DNA of 64,000 nt from a virus (taxonomy: Duplodnaviria > Caudoviricetes): the IMG/VR virus record IMGVR_UViG_3300008050_007455, positions 46 through 64,045 of that record, one strand, 5' to 3'. The notes beneath the pieces were generated by a model, which saw only the letters and a program-made list of their open reading frames with translations, searched no databases and was not told where the DNA came from. Each line of letters begins with the position of its first letter. Position 1 is the first letter of the stretch. Both the position numbers and the translations under genes were made by a program. Of this stretch, positions 38,536-46,218 are shown one piece after another.

Positions 38536-39381
38536 TTAAACACATCTTTCTGTATTAAAAGCCATAATGTGGCTTCTACCTGTAAATCTCCATCCTTTAT
38601 CTCTTACAAAATTCATTACTACCGGATAAGATTCCATTAAACTTTCTCTATCATCCCCAGCAGGCATAGCCCATATTTTAGTTGGAAGATAATTCATTAA
38701 TTCTTCTTTTGTAGGTTGGTCTAAACCATAAAAATTACAAAAACCCTTTTCAAGTAATTTATCTGCGAGTTGGTCAATAAATTCTTCTACTTCTTCTACC
38801 ATAGATAATTTATTATCTAATACAGGTTTAAGATGAAAATCAGAGTGATGTATAATTGAATCTGCAATAGCTTCAACATTTAACCTTAAACGATTATGAG
38901 TTTTAACCATTTTTTCATCTGTTACCTTTCCCGAAGGAGTGAGAGCACCCACAACGGGGACACTATTACTAAACTTAGGACTAATGCTAAGCAAATTAAT
39001 AGGATAATCGGTAGGAAGAAAATGAGATCCCTCAGTTTCAATAGTAATAAAGATATTGTTTTCATAGGCAAAGTGTGTTAACTCATTAACTAATTTAGGA
39101 TGCATTGTTGGTGATCCCCCAGTTAACATCATTTCCTTAATATGAGGATTTTCCTCATACATTTTGACAATATCATTAAAATTAAATATTCCCTTTTCTG
39201 GGTGGATACTAGTGTACCAACTATCGCACCATCCTCCCTCACCAAAATAACATCTATGGGTGCAACCTGTTGTTCTAACTACAATAGTAGGGTAACCTTG
39301 ACGGCTACCCTCACTTTGTACTGCAGTATAAATTTCTAATACTGGTAGTCTTTTACTATAATCTTCTATTCTTTTTAACAT
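38536..39381 (-). CDS. queE: 7-carboxy-7-deazaguanine synthase (radical SAM)
   Basis: EIYTAVQSEG, RTTGCTHRC...WCDS, LTGGSP, IETEG, ISPK. Confidence 0.9.
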   Translation of the reverse strand: MLKRIEDYSKRLPVLEIYTAVQSEGSRQGYPTIVVRTTGCTHRCYFGEGGWCDSWYTSIHPEKGIFNFNDIVKMYEENPHIKEMMLTGGSPTMHPKLVNELTHFAYENNIFITIETEGSHFLPTDYPINLLSISPKFSNSVPVVGALTPSGKVTDEKMVKTHNRLRLNVEAIADSIIHHSDFHLKPVLDNKLSMVEEVEEFIDQLADKLLEKGFCNFYGLDQPTKEELMNYLPTKIWAMPAGDDRESLMESYPVVMNFVRDKGWRFTGRSHIMAFNTERCV

Positions 39382-39409
39382 ATAATTTTTTTAAGTGGTT
39401 TTTTATTCA

Positions 39410-39440
39410 CTATAATACGCAGCATTTTCCAATGCTCCAT
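39410..39440 (-). promoter_or_regulatory. Class I promoter with hairpin in the spacer (queE)
   Basis: ATGG-N17-CGTATTATAG; spacer contains AGCATT-GGAA-AATGCT. Confidence 0.55.
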
Positions 39441-39441
39441 A

Positions 39442-39933
39442 TTATTCTTCGTATATTGATGAATTTTTGTCAGCTTCCCAACATTCTACTTTTACACATT
39501 TACATCTACCTCCATCGGTAAGTGCTAAACGTTCATTAAATTTATCATAGACTAATTTAGCACATGATTCTGCTCCCATTTTATCCATAATTCTTAAAGC
39601 ACAAAGTCCTTCCATAGCAGCTCCCTCGAAAAAATCTAAATATGGATCATCTTTTTCAATTAATAATGTATGATCCCACATAAAATCCATCCATGTTTTT
39701 AAACCATTACCAGGTGTAGGTTCTGCATTTATTGCTTTAAATCCTCCATAATCAACAATCCAATTCATATCATCCAAACCATCATTGTCATCTAAAGGAG
39801 TGTTTGATTCAAACCATACTTTAAATTTTAGAGCATATCCATGTAAAAGTTTACAATGTGAGTGTTGTGCTTTGTGCTGTCTAAGAGCTACCGAGTAGTT
39901 ATCGAATACTTTTGTTGATTTATATTTACCCAT
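39442..39933 (-). CDS. queD: 6-carboxy-5,6,7,8-tetrahydropterin synthase (6-PTPS family)
   Basis: HCKLLHGY, WIVDYG, WDHTLL, GAE, ECWE. Confidence 0.9.
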   Translation of the reverse strand: MGKYKSTKVFDNYSVALRQHKAQHSHCKLLHGYALKFKVWFESNTPLDDNDGLDDMNWIVDYGGFKAINAEPTPGNGLKTWMDFMWDHTLLIEKDDPYLDFFEGAAMEGLCALRIMDKMGAESCAKLVYDKFNERLALTDGGRCKCVKVECWEADKNSSIYEE

Positions 39934-40183
39934 TGTACCAATCTAAAATTTGTTGTTCTGAAAGTTGTCCTACTTTTCTTGAAATTTCCTTACCATCTAA
40001 ATCTGTTAAGACCATAGTAGGAACACTTTTAATATTATACTGTTGAGGTAGTTGAGCATCATAATCAACATTTACTTTTCTAACATTAATTCTACCTTGT
40101 TTCCCCATTTGCTCAATTAGGGGAGTCATTACTTTACAAGGCCCACACCAAGGAGCGCTGAAATATAAAATTCCTTTATTCAT
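39926..40183 (-). CDS. Thioredoxin
   Basis: WCGPC, SVPT. Confidence 0.95.
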   Translation of the reverse strand: MNKGILYFSAPWCGPCKVMTPLIEQMGKQGRINVRKVNVDYDAQLPQQYNIKSVPTMVLTDLDGKEISRKVGQLSEQQILDWYNG

Positions 40184-40200
40184 ATTTTATTATTTTTAAT

Positions 40201-40479
40201 TTATACTAATTCTTCGATTATACCTATTACTTCACTCAATATAAGTAAAATAGTTGCAAAAACCAAATTAAAGGGAAGGAAGATGTATCCTAATATCCTA
40301 ACCCCAGATTTGATAAAACTTATTTTTTGATGTAAGTAAGCATCAGGTAATTCTTTAATATTAGCCCCTGCTAATTGACTAACTATCTTATTTACTTCTT
40401 TTTCCACTTTTGGATCATTTAATGGTACAGAAGTGTTAATTGTGGATCTTTTAGCGTCCATTATTTCTCTATCACTCAT
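40201..40479 (-). CDS. Hypothetical membrane protein
   Basis: HQKISFIKSGVRILG...AILLILSEVIGIIEELV-type C-terminal hydrophobic hairpin. Confidence 0.7.
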   Translation of the reverse strand: MSDREIMDAKRSTINTSVPLNDPKVEKEVNKIVSQLAGANIKELPDAYLHQKISFIKSGVRILGYIFLPFNLVFATILLILSEVIGIIEELV

Positions 40480-40481
40480 AA

Positions 40482-41330
40482 TTATTTAATATTTAATTGT
40501 TCCTTCTCATATTCTGAAAGAACTTGTTCGACATATATTTTAGCTGTTTCAAAATCAACAGGACCTGTTTCATCAGCATATTGTACTGGGTCAGGTCTAC
40601 CCAATTTTATAAAGGCTTCAACACGTTCTACAGATGATGCTGATTTATAATCAGACCACCCTTCAGGTGTTGGTTTATATGAAGTATTTGTTCTAGCATA
40701 AACTTCGTCAAAATCTATTTTTAATTTTTCACATAATTTTTCCCCATCTTGTAAAATAGTAAATTTATCACCTTTAAGATAAGGTGTATAGTACCCTACT
40801 CTTTCAGCATCCCAATTACCCTCTCTAAAAGCATGATCATCGGCATCTCTAAATTCTTGCCTACAATCAGGATAGATATCATGATCACCTGCATGAATCC
40901 CTAAAGCAATTGATGTTGATTCTTCTGTTCTATTTGCTACGGATAATGCTACTGCTTGAGTAATTGATGAGAATATTTTATTTCTATTAGGCACTACTGT
41001 GGCTTTCATATTTTCAGCAGCATAATGTCCTTCTGGGACTTCATCTCCCCCTTCAACTAAAGCTGAGTCGAGAAGTTCTACTAGACCATATAATGTAATT
41101 ACTTGAAAAGTTACATTATGACCATTTCTTTTTAAATAATCTACTAATGCTCTTGCTCTTTTGAGTTCAACCTTATGTTTTTGGCCATAATCAAAAGACA
41201 AAGCTGTTACAGTTTGAAATTTATCAAGACATTTAAGTAATAATGTACTTGAATCCATACCACCTGAAAGTGATACTACTGCATGTTTTGGACGTTGTGA
41301 GTCTTTAAAATTTAATTCCAATTGTGTCAT
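40482..41330 (-). CDS. queC: 7-cyano-7-deazaguanine synthase
   Basis: SLSGGMDSST, FDYGQKH, VPNRN, YPDCR. Confidence 0.95.
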   Translation of the reverse strand: MTQLELNFKDSQRPKHAVVSLSGGMDSSTLLLKCLDKFQTVTALSFDYGQKHKVELKRARALVDYLKRNGHNVTFQVITLYGLVELLDSALVEGGDEVPEGHYAAENMKATVVPNRNKIFSSITQAVALSVANRTEESTSIALGIHAGDHDIYPDCRQEFRDADDHAFREGNWDAERVGYYTPYLKGDKFTILQDGEKLCEKLKIDFDEVYARTNTSYKPTPEGWSDYKSASSVERVEAFIKLGRPDPVQYADETGPVDFETAKIYVEQVLSEYEKEQLNIK

Positions 41331-41348
41331 TTTTATTTATTTATATTT

Positions 41349-41379
41349 GCCAGGTATTTTAAGCGTATAGGCTAACGCT
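41349..41379 (-). ncRNA. Candidate cis-regulatory pseudoknot in the queC leader
   Basis: AGCGT-TAGCCTAT-ACGCT-TAAAATACC-TGGC: 5-bp stem, loop GCC complementary to downstream GGC, A-rich linker. Confidence 0.35.
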
Positions 41380-41380
41380 A

Positions 41381-41602
41381 TTACATATCAATTAATCTAT
41401 GTTGTTTTTGTTCAGTAACCACATCAAAATGAGTACCTTGTATTTTTACACTTCCTCCCTGTTTGAGAATTTTTCTAAATAATCCTTCTTCTCTATCAGT
41501 CCAAAATTCACTAAGGGCAATAACTTCATCTTTACTTGCAGGTCTTTTATTTTTATTAATAAATATTTTTTGGTTAGACCTTATTGATTGTTTTTTTAAC
41601 AT
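41381..41602 (-). CDS. Hypothetical protein
   Basis: ORF in the dpdA-queC operon. Confidence 0.65.
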   Translation of the reverse strand: MLKKQSIRSNQKIFINKNKRPASKDEVIALSEFWTDREEGLFRKILKQGGSVKIQGTHFDVVTEQKQHRLIDM

Positions 41603-41606
41603 ATCT

Positions 41607-41801
41607 TTATTCTTCTACAAATTCAACATCACCATAATCATCAATTGGTTTATCTCTTACTAATTCCCAATCGGCATCATCTATAATTTCTTGTTGGATA
41701 TCTTCATCGCCTGTTTTCCATTGTGCTAGTTGTTCATCTGTTAACACATACTCTTCCCATCTGTAGTTTGCGTAATTTACTGTTCTTGTTAATTTTGCCA
41801 T
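41607..41801 (-). CDS. Hypothetical acidic protein
   Basis: ORF, D/E-rich. Confidence 0.65.
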   Translation of the reverse strand: MAKLTRTVNYANYRWEEYVLTDEQLAQWKTGDEDIQQEIIDDADWELVRDKPIDDYGDVEFVEE

Positions 41802-41802
41802 A

Positions 41803-41982
41803 TTACATGAATTTTGGTATTCTAAATTTTAAAATTGGAGTACCATTAATGGTGGGTTGACCCATTTCATCAATTCCAATTTCTTTTACTTTTACTGGTT
41901 TGTTCCTAAATCTTCCAGTCATTATAGTATCACCTATTTTTATGGGGATTTTGAAATAATCTTCTATATATGTTGCTTTCAT
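41803..41982 (-). CDS. Small SH3-like phage protein
   Basis: IKIGDTIMTGRFRNK.VKVKEIG.DE.GQPTING; ATGA-coupled to upstream gene. Confidence 0.65.
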   Translation of the reverse strand: MKATYIEDYFKIPIKIGDTIMTGRFRNKPVKVKEIGIDEMGQPTINGTPILKFRIPKFM

Positions 41983-42770
41983 ATGCAATTAATTTTTCTA
42001 AATTTATCAATATTATATTCTAATAGATCATAATCAACCTGGCTATCTAACATATAGAAATAATCATTCATATTTGCTTTTGGTTTTTTAAATAAACCTG
42101 AGTGAGTATATTGAATGTTTTCTAAAGTTGCCATTACGGGGTTTGATGTGTCAATTGATTCAATACAATTTATATCTTTATACCACCCAAATTCTTGGGG
42201 AACCGCACAACCTAATAAATGAACTCTATCATCTTGTTTTAATTCTCCAGTTTTAAGTAAAGTAGATATTACAAATAATCTTCCTAAAGCTTTTCCTAAA
42301 TCTTTGTTGGGGTGAGTACAAATATCATTATAATAATTAGCTCCATAAGAAAAACATATTTTACCATACCCCAAATTTTTATAAGCTTTAACACATTGAG
42401 CTGCTTCATGTAGTGTTTTTGCTTGAACTACTGCTACTTTTTCTGTATTTTTGGGGAAATCATATAAATTCCAAATTTCAGCATTTTGAATTGACTCTAT
42501 ACAGTTTTCCCAAACATCAGGTACTATAAATTCATTAGGTTCTAATTCATTAACCCAATGTATAAGACGTTCATGTGTATAAGCTTCACCCAATTCATGA
42601 AGTGAATTATCCATTATAATATAACGACCCTGTCTTTTAGATTCTAAAAAATATTCTAAATAACCAGGTTCTTCATCCAATAAATGAGGAAGACAGTAGT
42701 CATAATCATTAAAACGTCTACTATCGTTTAGGAGGCATAAGGGTGTTTCATGACTTATTTTTATTACCAT
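41979..42770 (-). CDS. TGT-fold protein, DpdA-like 7-deazaguanine insertion enzyme (possibly DpdA3-type)
   Basis: IIMDNSLHE, IVPDV, VAVVQ, VHLLGC, SIDTSNPV: the TGT/DpdA TIM-barrel motif order; heads the que operon. Confidence 0.7.
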   Translation of the reverse strand: MVIKISHETPLCLLNDSRRFNDYDYCLPHLLDEEPGYLEYFLESKRQGRYIIMDNSLHELGEAYTHERLIHWVNELEPNEFIVPDVWENCIESIQNAEIWNLYDFPKNTEKVAVVQAKTLHEAAQCVKAYKNLGYGKICFSYGANYYNDICTHPNKDLGKALGRLFVISTLLKTGELKQDDRVHLLGCAVPQEFGWYKDINCIESIDTSNPVMATLENIQYTHSGLFKKPKANMNDYFYMLDSQVDYDLLEYNIDKFRKINCI

Positions 42771-42788
42771 AACTGTTTAATTTGTATT

Positions 42789-42818
42789 TAATATATGAAA
42801 GGGGAGCTGATAATCCAA
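42789..42818 (-). promoter_or_regulatory. Class I promoter for the dpdA-que operon
   Basis: TTGG-N17-CATATATTA. Confidence 0.6.
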
Positions 42819-42836
42819 GCCCACCTAAAAACCATT

Positions 42837-43238
42837 TTAAAAATTAATTACTTCCGAGTGTTTTTTTGTTGGCCAATAATCATCCCCATAGTTGGTGCAT
42901 ATTTCTTCTCCAACTCTAATATCTTTTAAAGCAATAAAATCAAAATGATATGGAATATCTTCTGTATTATACCAAGTTGCATTATCATTTCTATCGTGAT
43001 TGTATATACATCCAAAACCTAAAGGTAATACATGCTCTGCCCCATCTTCCATTGAAACTCCTCTAGGATAATTAAATACATAATCCTGTAATTCAAAACT
43101 AACATGATTTTTTGGGCTACCGGTTTTTATACAATAACACCTTTCAATAAGTTCTCCCTTTTTAATAGGTTTATCTGTGAAAACCCCATAACCTTTTTCA
43201 CCAGTCCACTTTACATATAAATTATTTGGAACTTTCAT
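42837..43238 (-). CDS. SET-domain protein (putative protein lysine methyltransferase)
   Basis: KGYGVF...IKKGELIE, IYNHD..N, ALKDIRVGEEICTNYG. Confidence 0.9.
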   Translation of the reverse strand: MKVPNNLYVKWTGEKGYGVFTDKPIKKGELIERCYCIKTGSPKNHVSFELQDYVFNYPRGVSMEDGAEHVLPLGFGCIYNHDRNDNATWYNTEDIPYHFDFIALKDIRVGEEICTNYGDDYWPTKKHSEVINF

Positions 43239-43239
43239 A

Positions 43240-43377
43240 TTAAAATGGTAGACCGTCTTCTTCTTCTTCTTCAGAGATAATAATACCTGGGTTTTCTAAT
43301 AATTCTTCTTGTAATTCAGCAAGTAATTCTTGCTCTAATTCCCACTGATCTGCTAATACTTCAATGTCTATAAACAT
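43240..43377 (-). CDS. Small acidic peptide with SSB-like C-terminal tail (45 aa)
   Basis: Manual: MFIDIEVLADQWELEQELLAELQEELLENPGIIISEEEEEDGLPF; fills the gap between two genes exactly. Confidence 0.7.
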   Translation of the reverse strand: MFIDIEVLADQWELEQELLAELQEELLENPGIIISEEEEEDGLPF

Positions 43378-43381
43378 ATCT

Positions 43382-43657
43382 TTATTTATTTTGATTAATA
43401 ATTTCTATTTCCTTATAATTAATTTTACCTACTGATTTTTTACCTAACATATTAAATGTATATAATGTAACACAGGTAGGACCCCATTTTTTAACATTCA
43501 TCCCTCCATACTCAGCATTAATAGCTCCAGCATCTGTACTTACTTTAAATATTTTAGGATAATCACCCCAAACACCTTTTTCATTATAACTGTAGGTTGT
43601 TAGACCTTTAACTGTGAATTTAACATCACCTTTTTGTAATTGTTCTTTAATATTCAT
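43382..43657 (-). CDS. Hypothetical protein
   Basis: GMNVKKWGPTCVTLYTFNMLG; start MNIKEQ with GGTTATATG context. Confidence 0.7.
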   Translation of the reverse strand: MNIKEQLQKGDVKFTVKGLTTYSYNEKGVWGDYPKIFKVSTDAGAINAEYGGMNVKKWGPTCVTLYTFNMLGKKSVGKINYKEIEIINQNK

Positions 43658-43682
43658 ATAACCTTTATTTGTTTTTAACCTC

Positions 43683-43724
43683 ATTTACGTCGTAAATATA
43701 CGAACCCTCTTTCGCTTCTCCAAA
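43683..43724 (-). promoter_or_regulatory. Class I promoter with ATTTAC-N3-GTAAAT dyad
   Basis: TTTGGAGAAGCG...TTCGTATATTTACGACGTAAAT. Confidence 0.75.
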
Positions 43725-43741
43725 TTTTTTTACATAGAAAT

Positions 43742-43768
43742 AAAAAAGACGCCGATTAAGGCGCCTTT
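43742..43768 (-). terminator. Rho-independent terminator
   Basis: GGCGCC-TTAATC-GGCGTC stem followed by T6 on the minus strand. Confidence 0.75.
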
Positions 43769-43788
43769 CTCACTTATATAGCTTGAGC

Positions 43789-44016
43789 TTATTTCTTATT
43801 AATAAAGAATTGAGCTAAAATAACCAGTGCTACTAAACCAACAAATCCACCCTCACCAAAGCTTGAGATTAAACTTGTTAAGTTACCAACTACATCCATT
43901 CCGAATATAGTTTGACCAGTTAAAACATTCCATAGGATCGCTACTGGAAGTACTGCCATCATAATTGATAACAAACCTCCAAAAAATCCAGTTACATACT
44001 TAATTGCATTTTCCAT
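43789..44016 (-). CDS. Small hydrophobic membrane protein
   Basis: Two long hydrophobic segments, GFVGLVALVIL. Confidence 0.75.
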   Translation of the reverse strand: MENAIKYVTGFFGGLLSIMMAVLPVAILWNVLTGQTIFGMDVVGNLTSLISSFGEGGFVGLVALVILAQFFINKK

Positions 44017-44044
44017 TTTTAAATAATTTTTAGTTAAACAATAA

Positions 44045-44470
44045 TTAAAACTTCAGCCCAAACCCTAACTGTAAGTTAGTTGTTTTAGCTTCTGTATCGT
44101 ATACAACTTTTGGATCAAGGAACATTCCTCCTTTATGAAAGGAAAACATTCTACCAACTCCTAATTTCATACCATCTGTGTTTAGTCCGTTTGTAGCTAC
44201 ATATGCGAAATATCCATTATAGAAATATCTTGCATGTAGATCAAAACTTAAGTCCTCAGAAGAATCTGCTTGAGAAACATTTGTCCCTATCATAAGGTCA
44301 TCTGTTACAGCATACCCTACTGTTGGGCTTAAAGACCATTCAGTCCATGATACATTTGCAATGTTACCAGTACCTACGTACCAGTCACCTTTTGCGTTTT
44401 GCACTTCTTGTGCGTTAGCTCCAACCGTAATAAACAGTCCCAAAGCTAGTGTTAAAATCACTTTTTTCAT
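44045..44470 (-). CDS. Outer-membrane beta-barrel protein (Bacteroidota-type, ~8 strands)
   Basis: Sec signal peptide ending ANA-Q, alternating beta strands, C-terminal LGFGLKF beta-signal. Confidence 0.8.
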   Translation of the reverse strand: MKKVILTLALGLFITVGANAQEVQNAKGDWYVGTGNIANVSWTEWSLSPTVGYAVTDDLMIGTNVSQADSSEDLSFDLHARYFYNGYFAYVATNGLNTDGMKLGVGRMFSFHKGGMFLDPKVVYDTEAKTTNLQLGFGLKF

Positions 44471-44629
44471 TTTTTTGATTTTGGTTAATAAATAATTTAA
44501 TTTGAAAACGTAGTGGCCAGCTACTTTGGATAACTTATCGTGACCATTCCTACATTTTGCAAATGTCGAACCGGAACGATAATAAAATTGACCAGTATAT
44601 CCAACCTAAAGTAAATATTTGGATATTTT

Positions 44630-45790
44630 TTAATAACGAATAACTAAATCGTCATCATTATTATTTTTTCCTTTTAGTTCTTTCAACTTTTTATTTAAAG
44701 CTACTAAACCTCTAGGACCTCTTTTGTTTGCTTTTGAGGTATTTTTTATTCTTTCTTCTATTTCTCTAACCTCAGATGAGTACCCTTCAGGTAACCCGCG
44801 TTCTTCTTTGATAGGAGATTTATAAGCGTGTTCATACATATTAGATGATTCTTCCTCATCGATAATAGATTTGTCCCAAGATTCTGGTTTATCCCAAAGA
44901 TTTTCCTCTATTTCTTCTTTAATGCTATCCCCCGCATCTTCTTCAATTTTTACTTTTTCCCCGTAAAGGTTTTTTTTTGTATTTGGTCTTATTTTTTCAA
45001 AAGCATAATTAGCGGCTATTACAAGTGCTATTGCTAGAGGATCAAATACAAATATAATAGTTAATAATAAATAGTTAATAATTCTATCCATTGGGATTCC
45101 TGTTAATCCTGATAGATATTTTAAGGGTCCTAATTCACTTGTTATAGCATCACTTGTTTTTATTTCTACTATTTCCGTTTCATATTTAAATAAATCTTCA
45201 TTTAAATCATCTACTTTAGAATTTATCTCAGTTTGTCTTCCAATAGCTTGATCTAATTGTTTTTCTAAAGCTCTACGTGTTGATGAAGATGTTGTTGTAA
45301 TTACATTACCTAATGTGTCTGTATATTGTATTTTATTCGTAGATAAACCATTTCGCAAACTAGCCACAGCCTCATTAATAGATGATTTCTCTTCATTATA
45401 TATAAGTAATTGACCTTTAACATTATCTCTTTTTACTTCTACTAATGCAATTTGGGCATCAATTGTTCCTGCTTTAGCTGCTGTTTCCTGGTATGCTGCT
45501 GATAAAAAACCATAAATCCCCATTGACGTTATTAATATTAAAATAACACAAGCTATAGATAAATAATATTTTAGAAATTTTGGTAATCCTTTTCGGTATT
45601 GATATAGAAGAGATGCTATTACTAACTTTGCAATCTCTAATGAAGCAGCCATTATAATAACTGCAAAGGCAGCTCCTGCAAATAGTTTACTAAGGCCACT
45701 TATTGAATAAAAAGCAGCAGAGGCACTTACTGACAAAGCAGAAAATGCAATTAATAATGGAAATAATTTTTGTTGGAAGTTCTTGAACAT
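44630..45790 (-). CDS. Membrane-anchored coiled-coil protein
   Basis: Three N-terminal TMs (SAAFYSISGL...LEIAKLV...TSMGIYGFLS), coiled coil, ELGPLKYL...IIFVFDPLAI. Confidence 0.8.
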   Translation of the reverse strand: MFKNFQQKLFPLLIAFSALSVSASAAFYSISGLSKLFAGAAFAVIIMAASLEIAKLVIASLLYQYRKGLPKFLKYYLSIACVILILITSMGIYGFLSAAYQETAAKAGTIDAQIALVEVKRDNVKGQLLIYNEEKSSINEAVASLRNGLSTNKIQYTDTLGNVITTTSSSTRRALEKQLDQAIGRQTEINSKVDDLNEDLFKYETEIVEIKTSDAITSELGPLKYLSGLTGIPMDRIINYLLLTIIFVFDPLAIALVIAANYAFEKIRPNTKKNLYGEKVKIEEDAGDSIKEEIEENLWDKPESWDKSIIDEEESSNMYEHAYKSPIKEERGLPEGYSSEVREIEERIKNTSKANKRGPRGLVALNKKLKELKGKNNNDDDLVIRY

Positions 45791-45800
45791 ATTTTGGGGT

Positions 45801-46214
45801 TTAGTTTCTAAATCCCTTGTGCTTATCTATTCGGTCTAATATTTTATTTAAGAGTTCGTTGTGAATCAAACCCGCCATAGATGCATTTTTAAGGGCACTT
45901 ATCAACTGCATTATCATAAACGGTACAATAATTACCTCTGATAGCCAACCTGATCCTGTAAATCCTTTTTCTATCATTAGGATAACAGTAAGAATTGCTA
46001 ACCACACGAATGTGTTTCTTGTTATTCTTAACGCTTTATAAGTTTTAAATCCTTCTCTTTTTACTCCGGCCCAAATGCCGAAAATCCCGTCTAACCATAA
46101 TACAGCTACAACCGCTAAGTATTGTTCTGCATTGTCCATTGATAGATTTAGAAAATATGTACATAGGTATGTACAAAATGATGTTATTCCCACTATTGTA
46201 ATTTTTGTTTGCAT
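45801..46214 (-). CDS. Putative holin (phage holin family 4-like)
   Basis: 3-4 TMs, LDGIFGIWAG, SALKNA; adjacent to endolysin. Confidence 0.7.
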   Translation of the reverse strand: MQTKITIVGITSFCTYLCTYFLNLSMDNAEQYLAVVAVLWLDGIFGIWAGVKREGFKTYKALRITRNTFVWLAILTVILMIEKGFTGSGWLSEVIIVPFMIMQLISALKNASMAGLIHNELLNKILDRIDKHKGFRN

Positions 46215-46218
46215 TTAT

